A DNA stretch of 64,000 nt from a virus. Of this stretch, positions 26,501 to 33,127 are shown one piece after another (within the stretch, counting starts at the first letter, position 1; each line of letters begins with the position of its first letter). The stretch spans positions 1-64,000 of IMG/VR virus record IMGVR_UViG_3300025732_000024. One strand, given 5' to 3'. A program made the translations under genes and the position numbers. The notes under the pieces were generated by a model. That model searched no databases. It saw nothing but the letters and a program-made list of their open reading frames with translations, and was not told the origin of the DNA.

Positions 26501-28670
26501 TGTCTGCAAGGTTTAGCTTACCCAGAAAACCTTTCTCTGCACTGCGTGTATTCTTGGAAATACTAGACTTACCACTGCTATGAATCCTAGATAATTCACT
26601 GTTAATATCTTTGCTAAAACCCGCATCTTCTCCAGTTTTTACATATCTATCAATGGTAGAAATTGCTTCTTTTGACCTGGATACAAAATTAGAAACCTCA
26701 GACCTTGCAGCACTGATATCCTCTTTTGTACCAGCATCACTGATGGCATATTTAACCTTTGCCTGAATCCTCTTGTACTCATCGCTGAAATATTTGTTTA
26801 TTGCTATCAGCGACTGTTCAATACTATCCAAGGAAACCTGAGCAGATTTCTTGGTATTTTTAGACGATGGAATAAAAGGTAATGGTGTTAAATCATTTTC
26901 TGATTTTGTGGCGTTTTTATAGCCTTCAGATATATCAATATTTTTATGTATTTCAGATTGAATTGTTTTAAATAATGGCTTAATTTGCTCAGGAATATTT
27001 ACAGGAATAGGCTCTAATTCCCGTTTTTGTTGAGGTGGTGGCAATGGAGATTTGTTTGCTTTAGGTGGCAGTTGCTTAGGTATGGGTGCCGCATCTTGCC
27101 AAGGGTCTGAGATTGTTTTAGCAACAAAAGGTTTACTGGTTTTTGCCGTAGGCTCTGTTGACTTGACACTAACAGCAGCATCGCTCAACGCTTTAGCCGC
27201 ATTTTTTAAATCTGATGCGGCTTCCTTGAGAATATCTGAAGAAGATTTAGCGATTGGTTCTACTGGTTTTGCCGACACTCCAGTCTTTAGAAAATCTTTA
27301 ATAACTGGAGAAGCATTAGGCAATAATCTATTAAAAATAGACTCTACTGCTTTTTTTGATTGTGAAGCTATCCCTTCTCCAATATATTTATTAACTGCAC
27401 CTTTATCGCTACTTTCAGCAGCATCGAAGAATCCACTAATAGCATTTTGAACCCCAGGTGCAGAATTTTGAGTGACCGCTTTAGCGGATTGTCTGGCTTG
27501 TCTAATGGTTGCTAATTTAGCATTTTGAGCAACGCTTTCAATAGTGACATTAATGCTGTCAGAGAACGCCTTGTTTATCTCCGAAAATGTACTAGAAATA
27601 ACTCCGGAATTACTTTGTTTTATTGAACTACCAGAATATTCCTTAATAGCATCCTCAATGATTGCCTTAACCCTAGCCTGCTCATTTTTGGGGTCTGATT
27701 GTGCTTTTCTGCCAACTCCAAAATATCTTAACGCGCTGCTACTAGCTATCCTACTAGCACTTTCAAAGTCTACACCTATATCATCACTAGCGGCACTCCT
27801 GGTGGCTCTTCTACCCCTAGTGCCTTTTTCTACCCTACTATCATGAGTTCTAATAAACGCATCCATTCCATCTTTGAAAATAGCCTCAATGCGCTTCTGT
27901 TCATTCTTAGGGTCTGATTGTGCTTTTTTGCCAACTCCAAAATACCGTAAAAGCATATTTCCAGACATTCTAGTCATGTCATCCATGCTTACACCAATAG
28001 TATCCTCAATGCTGCTATTGATACCTTTAGTCAGTCTTTTCCCCACATTCTCGAAAGCACCATCAATAATGGAACGCATGGGACTAGCAACCACATCTAC
28101 CCGTTGAGCTTTACTAGAAGATGCGCTGTCTTTTTGTGCTTGCTGTTGAGATGATGCAACGGAAGACTCACTTACAGCATCTCTAACAGCACTTTGAACA
28201 GCATCGGTTAAGCTCTTTTCTAACTGTTTGCTTAACTCAGATTCAACGGTAATAGTAATAGTTTTATTTGATAATTTCCCTAATCTTTCTTCTAGTTCAT
28301 CTAGTTTAGTAACATCAGTATTAACAACAATAGGATTACTATTAAAATATTTATTAACCTCTTTAAGGTGTTGTACTTTGAGGTTTAAATGTTTGTTTAA
28401 ATCAACTAAACTATCGTCGTCAACGTTAACAACAATAGGATTATTACTGAAATATTTATTAACCTCTTTAAGGTGTTGTACCTTGAGATTCAAATGTTTG
28501 TTTAAATCAACCAAGTTATCATCATCTACATTAATTTCTAAATTGATTTTCTCAAAACTTTTTTCAATAGAACTTGCAGCTTCATAGGCTTTCTTTTTAG
28601 CCTGCTCTAAAGATTTTTCTAATTGTGCAGTATCAGCACACAATTCAACAACTAATTCACCTAAATTCAT
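14586..28670 (-). CDS. Giant tape measure protein with M23 peptidase, L,D-transpeptidase-like and lysozyme domains
   Basis: MNLGELVVEL start, SPSKVM motifs, tape-measure domain AKGKLSMEELRQQLGE, C-terminal FA.GG/SEGERVL. Located after the tail chaperones. Confidence 0.92.
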   Translation of the reverse strand: MNLGELVVELCADTAQLEKSLEQAKKKAYEAASSIEKSFEKINLEINVDDDNLVDLNKHLNLKVQHLKEVNKYFSNNPIVVNVDDDSLVDLNKHLNLKVQHLKEVNKYFNSNPIVVNTDVTKLDELEERLGKLSNKTITITVESELSKQLEKSLTDAVQSAVRDAVSESSVASSQQQAQKDSASSSKAQRVDVVASPMRSIIDGAFENVGKRLTKGINSSIEDTIGVSMDDMTRMSGNMLLRYFGVGKKAQSDPKNEQKRIEAIFKDGMDAFIRTHDSRVEKGTRGRRATRSAASDDIGVDFESASRIASSSALRYFGVGRKAQSDPKNEQARVKAIIEDAIKEYSGSSIKQSNSGVISSTFSEINKAFSDSINVTIESVAQNAKLATIRQARQSAKAVTQNSAPGVQNAISGFFDAAESSDKGAVNKYIGEGIASQSKKAVESIFNRLLPNASPVIKDFLKTGVSAKPVEPIAKSSSDILKEAASDLKNAAKALSDAAVSVKSTEPTAKTSKPFVAKTISDPWQDAAPIPKQLPPKANKSPLPPPQQKRELEPIPVNIPEQIKPLFKTIQSEIHKNIDISEGYKNATKSENDLTPLPFIPSSKNTKKSAQVSLDSIEQSLIAINKYFSDEYKRIQAKVKYAISDAGTKEDISAARSEVSNFVSRSKEAISTIDRYVKTGEDAGFSKDINSELSRIHSSGKSSISKNTRSAEKGFLGKLNLADKKLFDQQLKGYVAQAESLGIEVDAGLKKGIQHAAGGVSDAARAMLDDLIKTVKAKMEIQSPSKVMIALGLMIASGLAIGIKKGVVDVSGASDLLTDVVGNGLKNIKSIPSEGIESYDQAIKNAVSSNSETTKKVFDNAKKASKATIPGMILGTAMMGVADTNLVPKSIRTPLRHLGAFYQGTTQVHKLNPQLAREAEIATIFNMMQSAEKGDGYFPDGGVVGMVKHKTLPTLAHTLGGFNYTQTKDGGLQINDVYDWHQDTDTDKNTPFKLPKNLGSKIYKFLESKKWLRGLLGIEENLFGNTKAFTKYNKKTGRELFSFLNTQSGNDFQLGHSVHSELIGGNPYIQTHRLDRKGLDDLTDLAANPYIASKGNFGQFLNHPKIQEYVLGNGQESQQPTGNNNLLGNLFNNAKSAFSKGGGLKEVGINLISSFGQGFLSANGGVLGIVIGFAKGVLGAVKKVFGIASPSKVMESIGLDFGEGFENGAVAALVLANKRIAELILKTVNESATATESEKAKAEHFATTVESQNQRIAKGFRGGKYNDLNAFEAMEILASSTTFGKVMARITGASRAEIPGILQQAKRDVKSSPVTENAVPQPVSPIITPRSFAPNPNARLVLSSSVNSNPDARLVLPNSATPNPDAQLILPSRPSIATRATITQQEVNAQALINKNKDLLVNLNALLNRNMTASLTGFATVLDDLMNAPRSPVVRSLTRQVGARLPVVLPPTVPASLVPKPFKSTTIKPSLPTGLGFFPIPASPAKPPAVTPSPFAPTPPPPADGFLPIRVRTPQNATNQYLQLGKDLVTNLFTAVGDSIRQSTLSGYASLGQVMRNAVNAALFSLADTLKQPLYKGLLSQARSALPWFMKFIPKTMQLIPMLKPLMPIIGGLTLGLGNSIIKNLLNNDVLKPGGFLTKLLSSVTRINLTSLSGGKSHGILDAISKIMNPVPNVIGTAGIGGPLSLAMGLFGPFMNTFSGLLGLDPSTRSNPKNQAPTVERVLQEQTLANRKKAGLSNAKGGQASRELIENLGNTAVDSVLENLNIPMIPTSVIQGMTGRSINKQSGKIADAISSIGVQRSKTEKALERAMKSGTISPERLDALTKAALRRRGVDTTTREAMSREELEKARQDIIGKPLAISENERNLMFAMGDIERSRFKLGVPRAQRRLDYLTAKVLKERGVTFSDYTSMKQSGKLEETRRDLAANPNTTGVVGRLTQAYATNDQEALKGLLMQGLRKAGMSSEQLQNIDPKLLNTATAGLMATLTGLQAKFKEKGFDMGKALAQGFKDSVRNLANAKDDLEYNAKKAIGQANFGDAVGLIFRRMTRGTIATQDQFKEMYNQMGAGVKKALFSNPKEADEMFPNMLQFMGSIATTLAPVTTLFASLSPLFLPLAPIIGGIGAAVSMVMPHISKMLDGIQRVEVLQRRFTFLGGSKAGGEAEFKYAKDVATKMNVPSEVAANSYSQLAIAARGSKMEGQGVKDLFEGITASLSALGISGQDASLVFMAYTQILAKGKLSMEELRQQLGEKFPPAMGVFAKSMGVSVPEMNALVASGSVLSQDVLPNVAKVLNQDYGASAANQAGGLVVALNKLGNVGFEITTIFTDKLGSTLGWFVGTFADGLALFSNTLGALIPLGQAFAIGFAATIAIGLTTIMTKVKPLVVLFGSLQNLLMATFTAVATNMMPMIIGVTADVADNWLGAEKDLIANMMDGVTNAIVATFSTVDSVMRSMSDGNFSFSSVFGGLVQGAEQAGNIIDWLKGVFSGFFKIIPPGFVELLAMVFMFEQGTALMVMALAPAFKGFIGAVTGMFGGAAKAFVGVMTSMKIAAELMMTSMSSAMAASEARIKIFSATMGFLRTALTHVAVAFGILMFSKGDFSNPMGDSLSKTTKELNNGLTEIRANVQKTADSFDKATNSVTKLGGTLADTLPSKGIQLDIRSFWGGGDFKWDDAIKERNKRDSASGSLMDAVGVGALGAAGAGAAFASGISVLSSILNSAVSTAATIAANKALIAGPTAPVSIFGRLAMAVTPLITAIMSPLGLIVVSIGGFIAAIVLATKALDLFAPKLTGKQKQLIADNKLEGYFDLGENARLTNAQQQILKYFEDQKKNIQNLKEFGASQGFTGKPGDFMADIKPLTGEQQNTFNNTPAISKLNQEIKDNNKRRLAAIADKKNSGASPQEIKDLQNSPGFKELENKSKQMRNAVALAAAEFQIGNTPGNQRIDKELDEKIKKKQAEVNKRRAAVSASRNLMAASSTDAFALSMGDGSDAGTIKLEDELKVLEAQKKNQQKLIKASVQRAFNFQEIKNVDKQLINATKKGVELSKALPSDKVRKEQGEVKQLIQQLYKRRQELVDSFGSPLPILEKQLKNLEKYKEQLTLGEVEGIQGALITPAVQETQRQIEELKKQIAGVKPFDVKPVEEMLYTQATNAVKDANIKFERASSANRSKSNLSQSKVYSSAGTSQQIAPELANIQLAGLNDSRTLLEEKLKTNQAALDKIAQVIAVGGTNLAEAQSEYDKLTEDIMKDRESLTQNALETAKARRDMKQALIDQTKQVAEYYRTSVREAQGASIEFEKAKKTLEGSQLQNKLRAALIGAGDNIYTQFIEGIINIISQTTDMEKKRLDEKKQQYDYQNNVDDIKLRASELQRSLPGKIVPFDENKIKDFDEQLKIVQGSVIGINTDVQQVVTSLGQDAVLATNQLNDAFQGLGTTVAEVGTKLDTTLDKLTSTLDSLKVGTNDLSPQNAPNWAAGALDILGQMDNATPGTAPTIPSAPSPATNFASPVKNTTIQDLINYKPTFGQSVMGSRPKGRIHSKVDFDSRAKAGAGAEILASLPGVATGKLWEGNDGAVFVNSVLPSGTKITIEYGHLSVESIKKALGGALEKSVQVQAGQKLGNVLGDHLDFGVKANGRYINPQVFLSNLARGNYGAIANQPPATSKVKSGATVQNANKGESLVRIQRLGEKDEYGLEKLQLAVIKRGKLIDSFIVNSGNPRTQIFGGAGETKAGSKRPFEFGSYTLGKTVPAGNKKKMGNELIRIEPNFETERTAIGFHIDKDRLIDPGSSGCIVFANEAEFNKFKQALKTSGIKNIVFDQAVGAVEVAKVITGKVAQSSNKSIPGTSRITQGGNDLSAEEYAKLTPLGKKLYELRRNPNVLALANAVARAEGTDFRKNSENFGYGMLIGGANVKDFSTHPFVGTGRKPTWIPGINNSSTASGRYQMMNFNASIQAAKKQFGKDAMPDMFKLIDFQGKDQPGFSPGLQDLYFIGSLLQRGVLDDVVAGKIDSSVLNKLAPHYASIGLGNKRSAYSGQGTPQGKHDNFLKFYQQNLGKLNQIVMAGGAVNPDKLQGLVTDAANLNLGAAATRNSTNEMNNEAQRLTDGLQQLLGIYRLLRQTEEAGFSVLSGMKDLNLDFVKTIAEGLSPSGLSSLERFNIAYGELVRSLEKKRESLEKTIRDTQGTVDNKPLLKAAFESALQKFPTAELALKAIKANDKVFEIAVLQNQQAKKMLSDYDASIPKILDAFKGKFGFDEQLRLSGIAIQNEKSGVALLQKQIEQRKLLQQLDPLDTKSARTAELEANIALLNADLDLREKLNNISRQEKTKEISPEDAKKQRNLAQQENAITKENIQLKLEAEKITERTNNANKLLERSQFIQDSFKGVLEARSSVLKAYGLDFRAEKIDKQVAITNQQFDFAKASIQLDDFIRKNEKATGANKLTNEQINELRENLRLTNEYKLDAIKLQFSELASVIKNTTSGFRNGFKEFLLSTKSFGESLADLFNSITKNLIDSLADIASKRMTDSLFGWVAGLFGGKGAGLASGGSFVGDVLPNTSFNMAFAGGMVGELPTFANGGIVGALNKERSLTGRVPHVIIASEGERVLNHKETAIWNKLQGGVAGFANGGVVGAGGNGAIASRMGNTTTINVPVSVAVGSDSEVDTRRLSQAVQAMVSDGIRREMRVGGSINRGNPYGR
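28323..28535 (-). repeat. 105-bp (35-aa) tandem duplication at the tape measure N-terminus
   Basis: NVDDD(N/S)LVDLNKHLNLKVQHLKEVNKYFxxNPIVV occurs twice. Confidence 0.9.
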
Positions 28671-28733
28671 AATAAATATTTCCTCTTATAAAAAAAGATT
28701 GTAAATCCGTAATTTATAATTCGTAATTTACAA

Positions 28734-29129
28734 TCAAGGTAATAGCAGACTCAACGCGGACAGAACAGGAGCGGACAAACCATTGGTTTTAATTAGCTCT
28801 GAAATAATGGCTTCAGTAGCTTGACTTACTTTCCGGTTATTCTCTTTAATCTCATCTGCAAACGGCAACAAATCCACAAAATCAATACTAGGGTCGGTTT
28901 CTTTTTTAAAGCCATTGAACAACCCAGACCAGCCGATAGCGTGAACCCTTGCCTCAATGTTTGCCTGTTCCTTCCTGTTCTTTTCAAGTGCATCAATGCA
29001 CTCAAAAACTATATGAATTGGCTGATCAAGAAATGACTCCCAATCAGCAAATCTAGGGTCTAATATTCTGTAAGACTGGATTCTCCAGTAGATGCTACTC
29101 CAGTCAATTGGACCGGTGGCTGCTCCCCC
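28734..29129 (-). CDS. Tail assembly chaperone frameshift extension (gpGT-like)
   Basis: The -1 frame is open from GGGGGAG (29129-29123) and reads GAATGPIDWSSIYWRIQ... continuously into the 28734..28922 ORF. Confidence 0.75.
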   Translation of the reverse strand, partial: GGAATGPIDWSSIYWRIQSYRILDPRFADWESFLDQPIHIVFECIDALEKNRKEQANIEARVHAIGWSGLFNGFKKETDPSIDFVDLLPFADEIKENNRKVSQATEAIISELIKTNGLSAPVLSALSLLLP

Positions 29130-29887
29130 TGGACTGCATTGGAAACAGGAGATTCAATCTGCCAACGACTACGCTCGTTTTCATAGAACTTGTAGATAGC
29201 CACCACAAATTCGTTACTACAACCCTTGGTATCTTCTTCAGTCCAATCTTCTGTACCAACTTGATATTTTTTCTCACCTTTACTGTACAAGAAACCGATT
29301 ACAGCCTCTAAGTTTTCAGACACGGGGAAAACATTAATAATCAAATAATCTTCTTCAACAGCAGGTTCATGATTGCCATTGACAATTACCAGGCAATCGC
29401 CAAACTTAATTACCTGTTTATCTTTGAGATAAAAGCTGATGGGCGCAATTTTAATAGAAGTAGCATTAAACGCCACAGGAGCTAACAATTCGACCGGGAA
29501 CGCCACCCGTTTTTGAATCATCAGAGTAGCGATCGCAATAGAGACCGATGCACTATCAATGGCACTCAAAGAATTTAATTCAGTAAAATCCTCAATGTAG
29601 TCATAAATGACAGCCGAATTATCTACCTCCACGCCAGCATCAGCACTGCGAGTAGGTGACAACATTTCCTGGGCTTCAGCAATAGTAACGCCACGGTCAA
29701 CGGAAATTTTCTTTACCAATTTAGATGCGATGATTGCAGCCTTTTGGCGTTTAGAGTCAATCAAATCTACAGCACTAGCCTCACCAACCGTGAGAGAGCC
29801 GCGTTTTTCTAGATAGATTACACCAGATAGTTCATCACCAACCGGCATAATTTCATATTTAGGCTTCTTATTAATGACTGGACGCAT
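29060..29887 (-). CDS. Tail assembly chaperone (gpG-like)
   Basis: Lies between the major tail and tape measure genes; GGAG Shine-Dalgarno before ATG 29887. Confidence 0.7.
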   Translation of the reverse strand: MRPVINKKPKYEIMPVGDELSGVIYLEKRGSLTVGEASAVDLIDSKRQKAAIIASKLVKKISVDRGVTIAEAQEMLSPTRSADAGVEVDNSAVIYDYIEDFTELNSLSAIDSASVSIAIATLMIQKRVAFPVELLAPVAFNATSIKIAPISFYLKDKQVIKFGDCLVIVNGNHEPAVEEDYLIINVFPVSENLEAVIGFLYSKGEKKYQVGTEDWTEEDTKGCSNEFVVAIYKFYENERSRWQIESPVSNAVQGEQPPVQLTGVASTGESSLTEY

Positions 29888-30113
29888 ATTCAATCTCCAA
29901 ATTATCTTCTGAGTCTGCAAAAACTTGATAGGTTGCTATCTGTTGAACCGATTCAGGAATCTTGATTTTACAGGTGGTTCTGCCATTAGAAACGCTGATT
30001 TCTCCAGACAAACCACCTCTAAAAACAGCCGCACCACATAGCAACCTATCGTGATGGATGCGGCAATTAATCAAGATAGCTAGTAAACCCGTACTATCTT
30101 TAAGAACCTTCAT
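29871..30113 (-). CDS. Hypothetical tail-region protein
   Basis: Start overlaps the stop of the major tail gene. Confidence 0.55.
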   Translation of the reverse strand: MKVLKDSTGLLAILINCRIHHDRLLCGAAVFRGGLSGEISVSNGRTTCKIKIPESVQQIATYQVFADSEDNLEIEYASSH

Positions 30114-30871
30114 TAGAGGTTATAGGAAGGGAATCCATTAGCTAAACCACCAGTAGCGTAGTACGCAGGTGTCCAAATCCAATCGTCTTGGAACTCTAAA
30201 GTAAAGGTATACTTCATTACTTCCATCGGAGTACCTGTCAAGTTCAAAGCAGTGGATTTAGCTGCACCCTCAAACCTTGAACCATTGGGATAAGTAGCAA
30301 TAGCGTATAACTCGCGGTTCATGTACACAGGGTCAAAGTGCGTACGCTTGATAAATTGCTCTAATGCAATATCACCAACATACTCGATACCTTCTACAGA
30401 TATTTCCCGTTTAGAACGGATAATAGCGGAACTAGTACCTGAACCAGACTGAGAGTGAGTGGTATCAACCACAGTAGGAGAAGGCTGCAAACCAAAGCTG
30501 GTAATGCCTAGCAGAGGAAACATATCCTGAACTAAGCGAGAAGTGGAGTTAATAGCGATCGCATCCAATAAAGGAGCAATAGTGAGAGTTACAGCAGTTG
30601 CACCCGCCAGAGTTGCGTTTGCCAAAACTAAAGCTTGCTGCCTGATTGTGGGATTAGAAGGAGCAACAAAACTCAAAGAAGTGCCAGCAGCAATCGTGTA
30701 GGTGACACCCGCAGTAGTAGCCACACTAAGAGAAGTTGCACCTTCGGCAGCCGCAGAGGTTACGGTAATAGTCGCGGTGGTGACGCTACGGGTATTTTCG
30801 GGCAATAGCTTCAAATCCAAGGTGTAGTTTTGAAGAATTACGGTCTGTACAGGACGGTTAGCAGTTGCCAT
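30113..30871 (-). CDS. Major tail tube protein
   Basis: Thr/Ala-rich; VVDTT...EISVEG...YPNGSRFEG...YTFTLEFQ tube-like C-terminus; synteny. Confidence 0.75.
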   Translation of the reverse strand: MATANRPVQTVILQNYTLDLKLLPENTRSVTTATITVTSAAAEGATSLSVATTAGVTYTIAAGTSLSFVAPSNPTIRQQALVLANATLAGATAVTLTIAPLLDAIAINSTSRLVQDMFPLLGITSFGLQPSPTVVDTTHSQSGSGTSSAIIRSKREISVEGIEYVGDIALEQFIKRTHFDPVYMNRELYAIATYPNGSRFEGAAKSTALNLTGTPMEVMKYTFTLEFQDDWIWTPAYYATGGLANGFPSYNL

Positions 30872-30918
30872 ATTTTAAAGTTCCTAGATTAAAAATGTTG
30901 ACCTTTAACAAGCAGAGA

Positions 30919-31530
30919 TTAGACACTTCTAGAGACACGAATGCCACTATAGAAAGCATCTAAATCAATACTTGGGGTATTACCTTGAGAGTCCACTAAA
31001 TTAATGATTGCACTAGCATTGGCAGGTGTACCAGCAGCACCATTTAGGCTACCGTCGTACACAAAGAAGGTAGGACGGATTGATACCACAGACCCGGACT
31101 TGACATAGGTAAGCCTGATACCCCAAGCAGTAGGGGTAATAGCAGGTGGTGTAACAGTAATGACGGTGCTGTTAGCACTTGTACTGCCAGCCGTTGGTGC
31201 AACGCTCAAGGTAATGGACGTAGTGCTATTAACAGCAGTCACAGTATTAGCGGCTACAGTGCCACCACCGCTACTGACAGTGATTACATCACCAACTCTA
31301 ACCGAAACAAAGCCGTTAGCCGTGGTGGTGGTGATGGTAGTATTTGTTGCTATCAGATTACAACCAGACACATTAAACGCAGTCGGGGTAATAGATGCGT
31401 GAGTGAAAGGCAGAAAATACGATTCTTCTACACTTGTGTCCACTTCTACCGCAGTGCCAGCGTTAATTACTGCGTTAGTTGAGTTGGTAGTAACGGACTT
31501 AGGGCGGTTAAAATCTAGTGTGATTGGCAT
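30919..31530 (-). CDS. Virion structural/decoration protein (beta-rich)
   Basis: Thr/Ser/Val-rich ORF in the structural operon; start at ATG 31530. Confidence 0.6.
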   Translation of the reverse strand: MPITLDFNRPKSVTTNSTNAVINAGTAVEVDTSVEESYFLPFTHASITPTAFNVSGCNLIATNTTITTTTANGFVSVRVGDVITVSSGGGTVAANTVTAVNSTTSITLSVAPTAGSTSANSTVITVTPPAITPTAWGIRLTYVKSGSVVSIRPTFFVYDGSLNGAAGTPANASAIINLVDSQGNTPSIDLDAFYSGIRVSRSV

Positions 31531-31534
31531 AGTT

Positions 31535-31903
31535 TTAAATAACAATAGGGTCAAAAATGAGGATTCTACTTTGTTCCAAGGTGTCAGATGCAGCCGGAAG
31601 GTGGGTATAGCGAGACACATTAAAACGTTTTTCAATCTTGGCAAGGGCTAAGGGTAAATTAGAGTTTTTTGCCCAATTCCTCAAAGTCACCTCCCACAAC
31701 TGCGGTTTATACTTATACCCGGCACTGGTAGCACGAGCCACGGTATCAGGTGTTTCCTTAATCAAGCACTCCAGTCCATTACTAGAGGATGGTGGTTGTG
31801 AGGAGCTACCGTATACCCACACAGAGGGTGTACCGTTGGTATAAGTACCTAACTCAGTCGCCAACAAAGCCGTTAAAATTCTTCTTAAATCAGCTACCTT
31901 CAT
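31535..31903 (-). CDS. Putative tail terminator/completion protein
   Basis: Size and synteny. Confidence 0.5.
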   Translation of the reverse strand: MKVADLRRILTALLATELGTYTNGTPSVWVYGSSSQPPSSSNGLECLIKETPDTVARATSAGYKYKPQLWEVTLRNWAKNSNLPLALAKIEKRFNVSRYTHLPAASDTLEQSRILIFDPIVI

Positions 31904-32285
31904 ACTGCACCTGATAAGAGTTTTTCAACGCACCTGTATCAACGATATCTCTAGGAGAATCAACAACAGCACCACTTTTTCTAACAGTAGTGCGCGGCCA
32001 TTGCCACCTAGTATCGCTAATATTTGATTGACAATTTTCCCCAAACCCTTCGGACATTTCTAGGAACGCCTGCTTGAAGTTATGGGACTGGGAAAAACTG
32101 TCAGCATATTTATTTAAAAAATCATATTCTTTGATAGCAACATCTACCCAGGGTCTGGCAGGTTTTTCGCTGCCATTAACAGAGGTAGAGCCTTCGTGAA
32201 CAGCAGCCGCATAGGGTGTATTCCAGGAATGAATAGCCTTGAGTTTTTTAGGAATATTCAATTTAATCCAATTAGCTTCTACCAT
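31890..32285 (-). CDS. Head-tail/tail completion protein (HK97 gp10-like)
   Basis: YAAAVHEG...PARPW and PRDIVDTGALKNS motifs. Confidence 0.7.
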   Translation of the reverse strand: MVEANWIKLNIPKKLKAIHSWNTPYAAAVHEGSTSVNGSEKPARPWVDVAIKEYDFLNKYADSFSQSHNFKQAFLEMSEGFGENCQSNISDTRWQWPRTTVRKSGAVVDSPRDIVDTGALKNSYQVQYEGS

Positions 32286-32289
32286 TTGT

Positions 32290-32715
32290 TTACACCTTAC
32301 TTGCTATCGTTAGAGTGCCTTTAATAAGTTTATTTCTAACATTTAGATAACTAGAAACTCTATTTTGAACCACTGGAGTGAATCGCCATACTCCTGTTAT
32401 TTGCGCTCCTTGAGAGTCGGTCAAAACCGCATTAGCTATAGACTCGTAACCTATACCTGATGGTAAGTTTGACGTTAATCTACCCTTGAGTCGCATTACC
32501 TGTTGTCCAATTTCCGCTACTTCTGGAATAAGCCTAGACTGAGAATCATCACTCACCGTAGCGGTAACAATAACAGTAGTCACGTTCTCAATTAAATTAC
32601 CTACAGCATCCTCAATAAACTGACCGTTTCCAGATTTAAAGGATAAACTTAAATTAGCCGCAAAATGTGGCTTATTTAAGTAACCAATTGTCTGTGAAAC
32701 ATAGGAGTCAATCAT
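32290..32715 (-). CDS. Putative head-closure protein
   Basis: D..GN.I pattern and synteny; start at ATG 32715. Confidence 0.5.
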   Translation of the reverse strand: MIDSYVSQTIGYLNKPHFAANLSLSFKSGNGQFIEDAVGNLIENVTTVIVTATVSDDSQSRLIPEVAEIGQQVMRLKGRLTSNLPSGIGYESIANAVLTDSQGAQITGVWRFTPVVQNRVSSYLNVRNKLIKGTLTIASKV

Positions 32716-33127
32716 GATTTTATTCAGTAATTTTATTGCCAAATTTCCAGAATTTACAAACGAACAAACCAAGTTTAATTTATTTATGCCTGATGTTGAA
32801 TCAGAGATAAATATTTATAATTGGGGAACTTTGAGAAACACAGCGACGGAACTGTTATTAGCTCACAGAATCTCAATTACCAAACCCAGTCAAAACAGCG
32901 ATTACACAACAGGAACTTTGAGAATTTTAGAGGTAGAAGACGACTCCTACCGAGTAGAATTACAACCCTTATCTGACAACAACTACGCTTTAAGTAAGTA
33001 TGGATTGGAATACCAAAGACTACTAAAGATAGTCACCCATTCCAGTGATGAAAAATCATCTTTTACAAAAGGAACTTCCATCACCGGAACGACAGGAGCT
33101 AGTAAAATCAAGTGGTCGCAGCATTAA
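32714..33127 (+). CDS. Head-tail adaptor (DUF4054-like), inverted relative to the operon
   Basis: F..KFPEF, LLLAHRI, SKYGLEYQRL motifs; AGGAG Shine-Dalgarno at 32703. Confidence 0.7.
   Translation: MILFSNFIAKFPEFTNEQTKFNLFMPDVESEINIYNWGTLRNTATELLLAHRISITKPSQNSDYTTGTLRILEVEDDSYRVELQPLSDNNYALSKYGLEYQRLLKIVTHSSDEKSSFTKGTSITGTTGASKIKWSQH

Noticed and set aside
14826-28587. Numerous + strand ORFs opposite the tape measure gene
   Set aside because: These are antisense shadows of a long coding frame, with no motifs or ribosome-binding sites.
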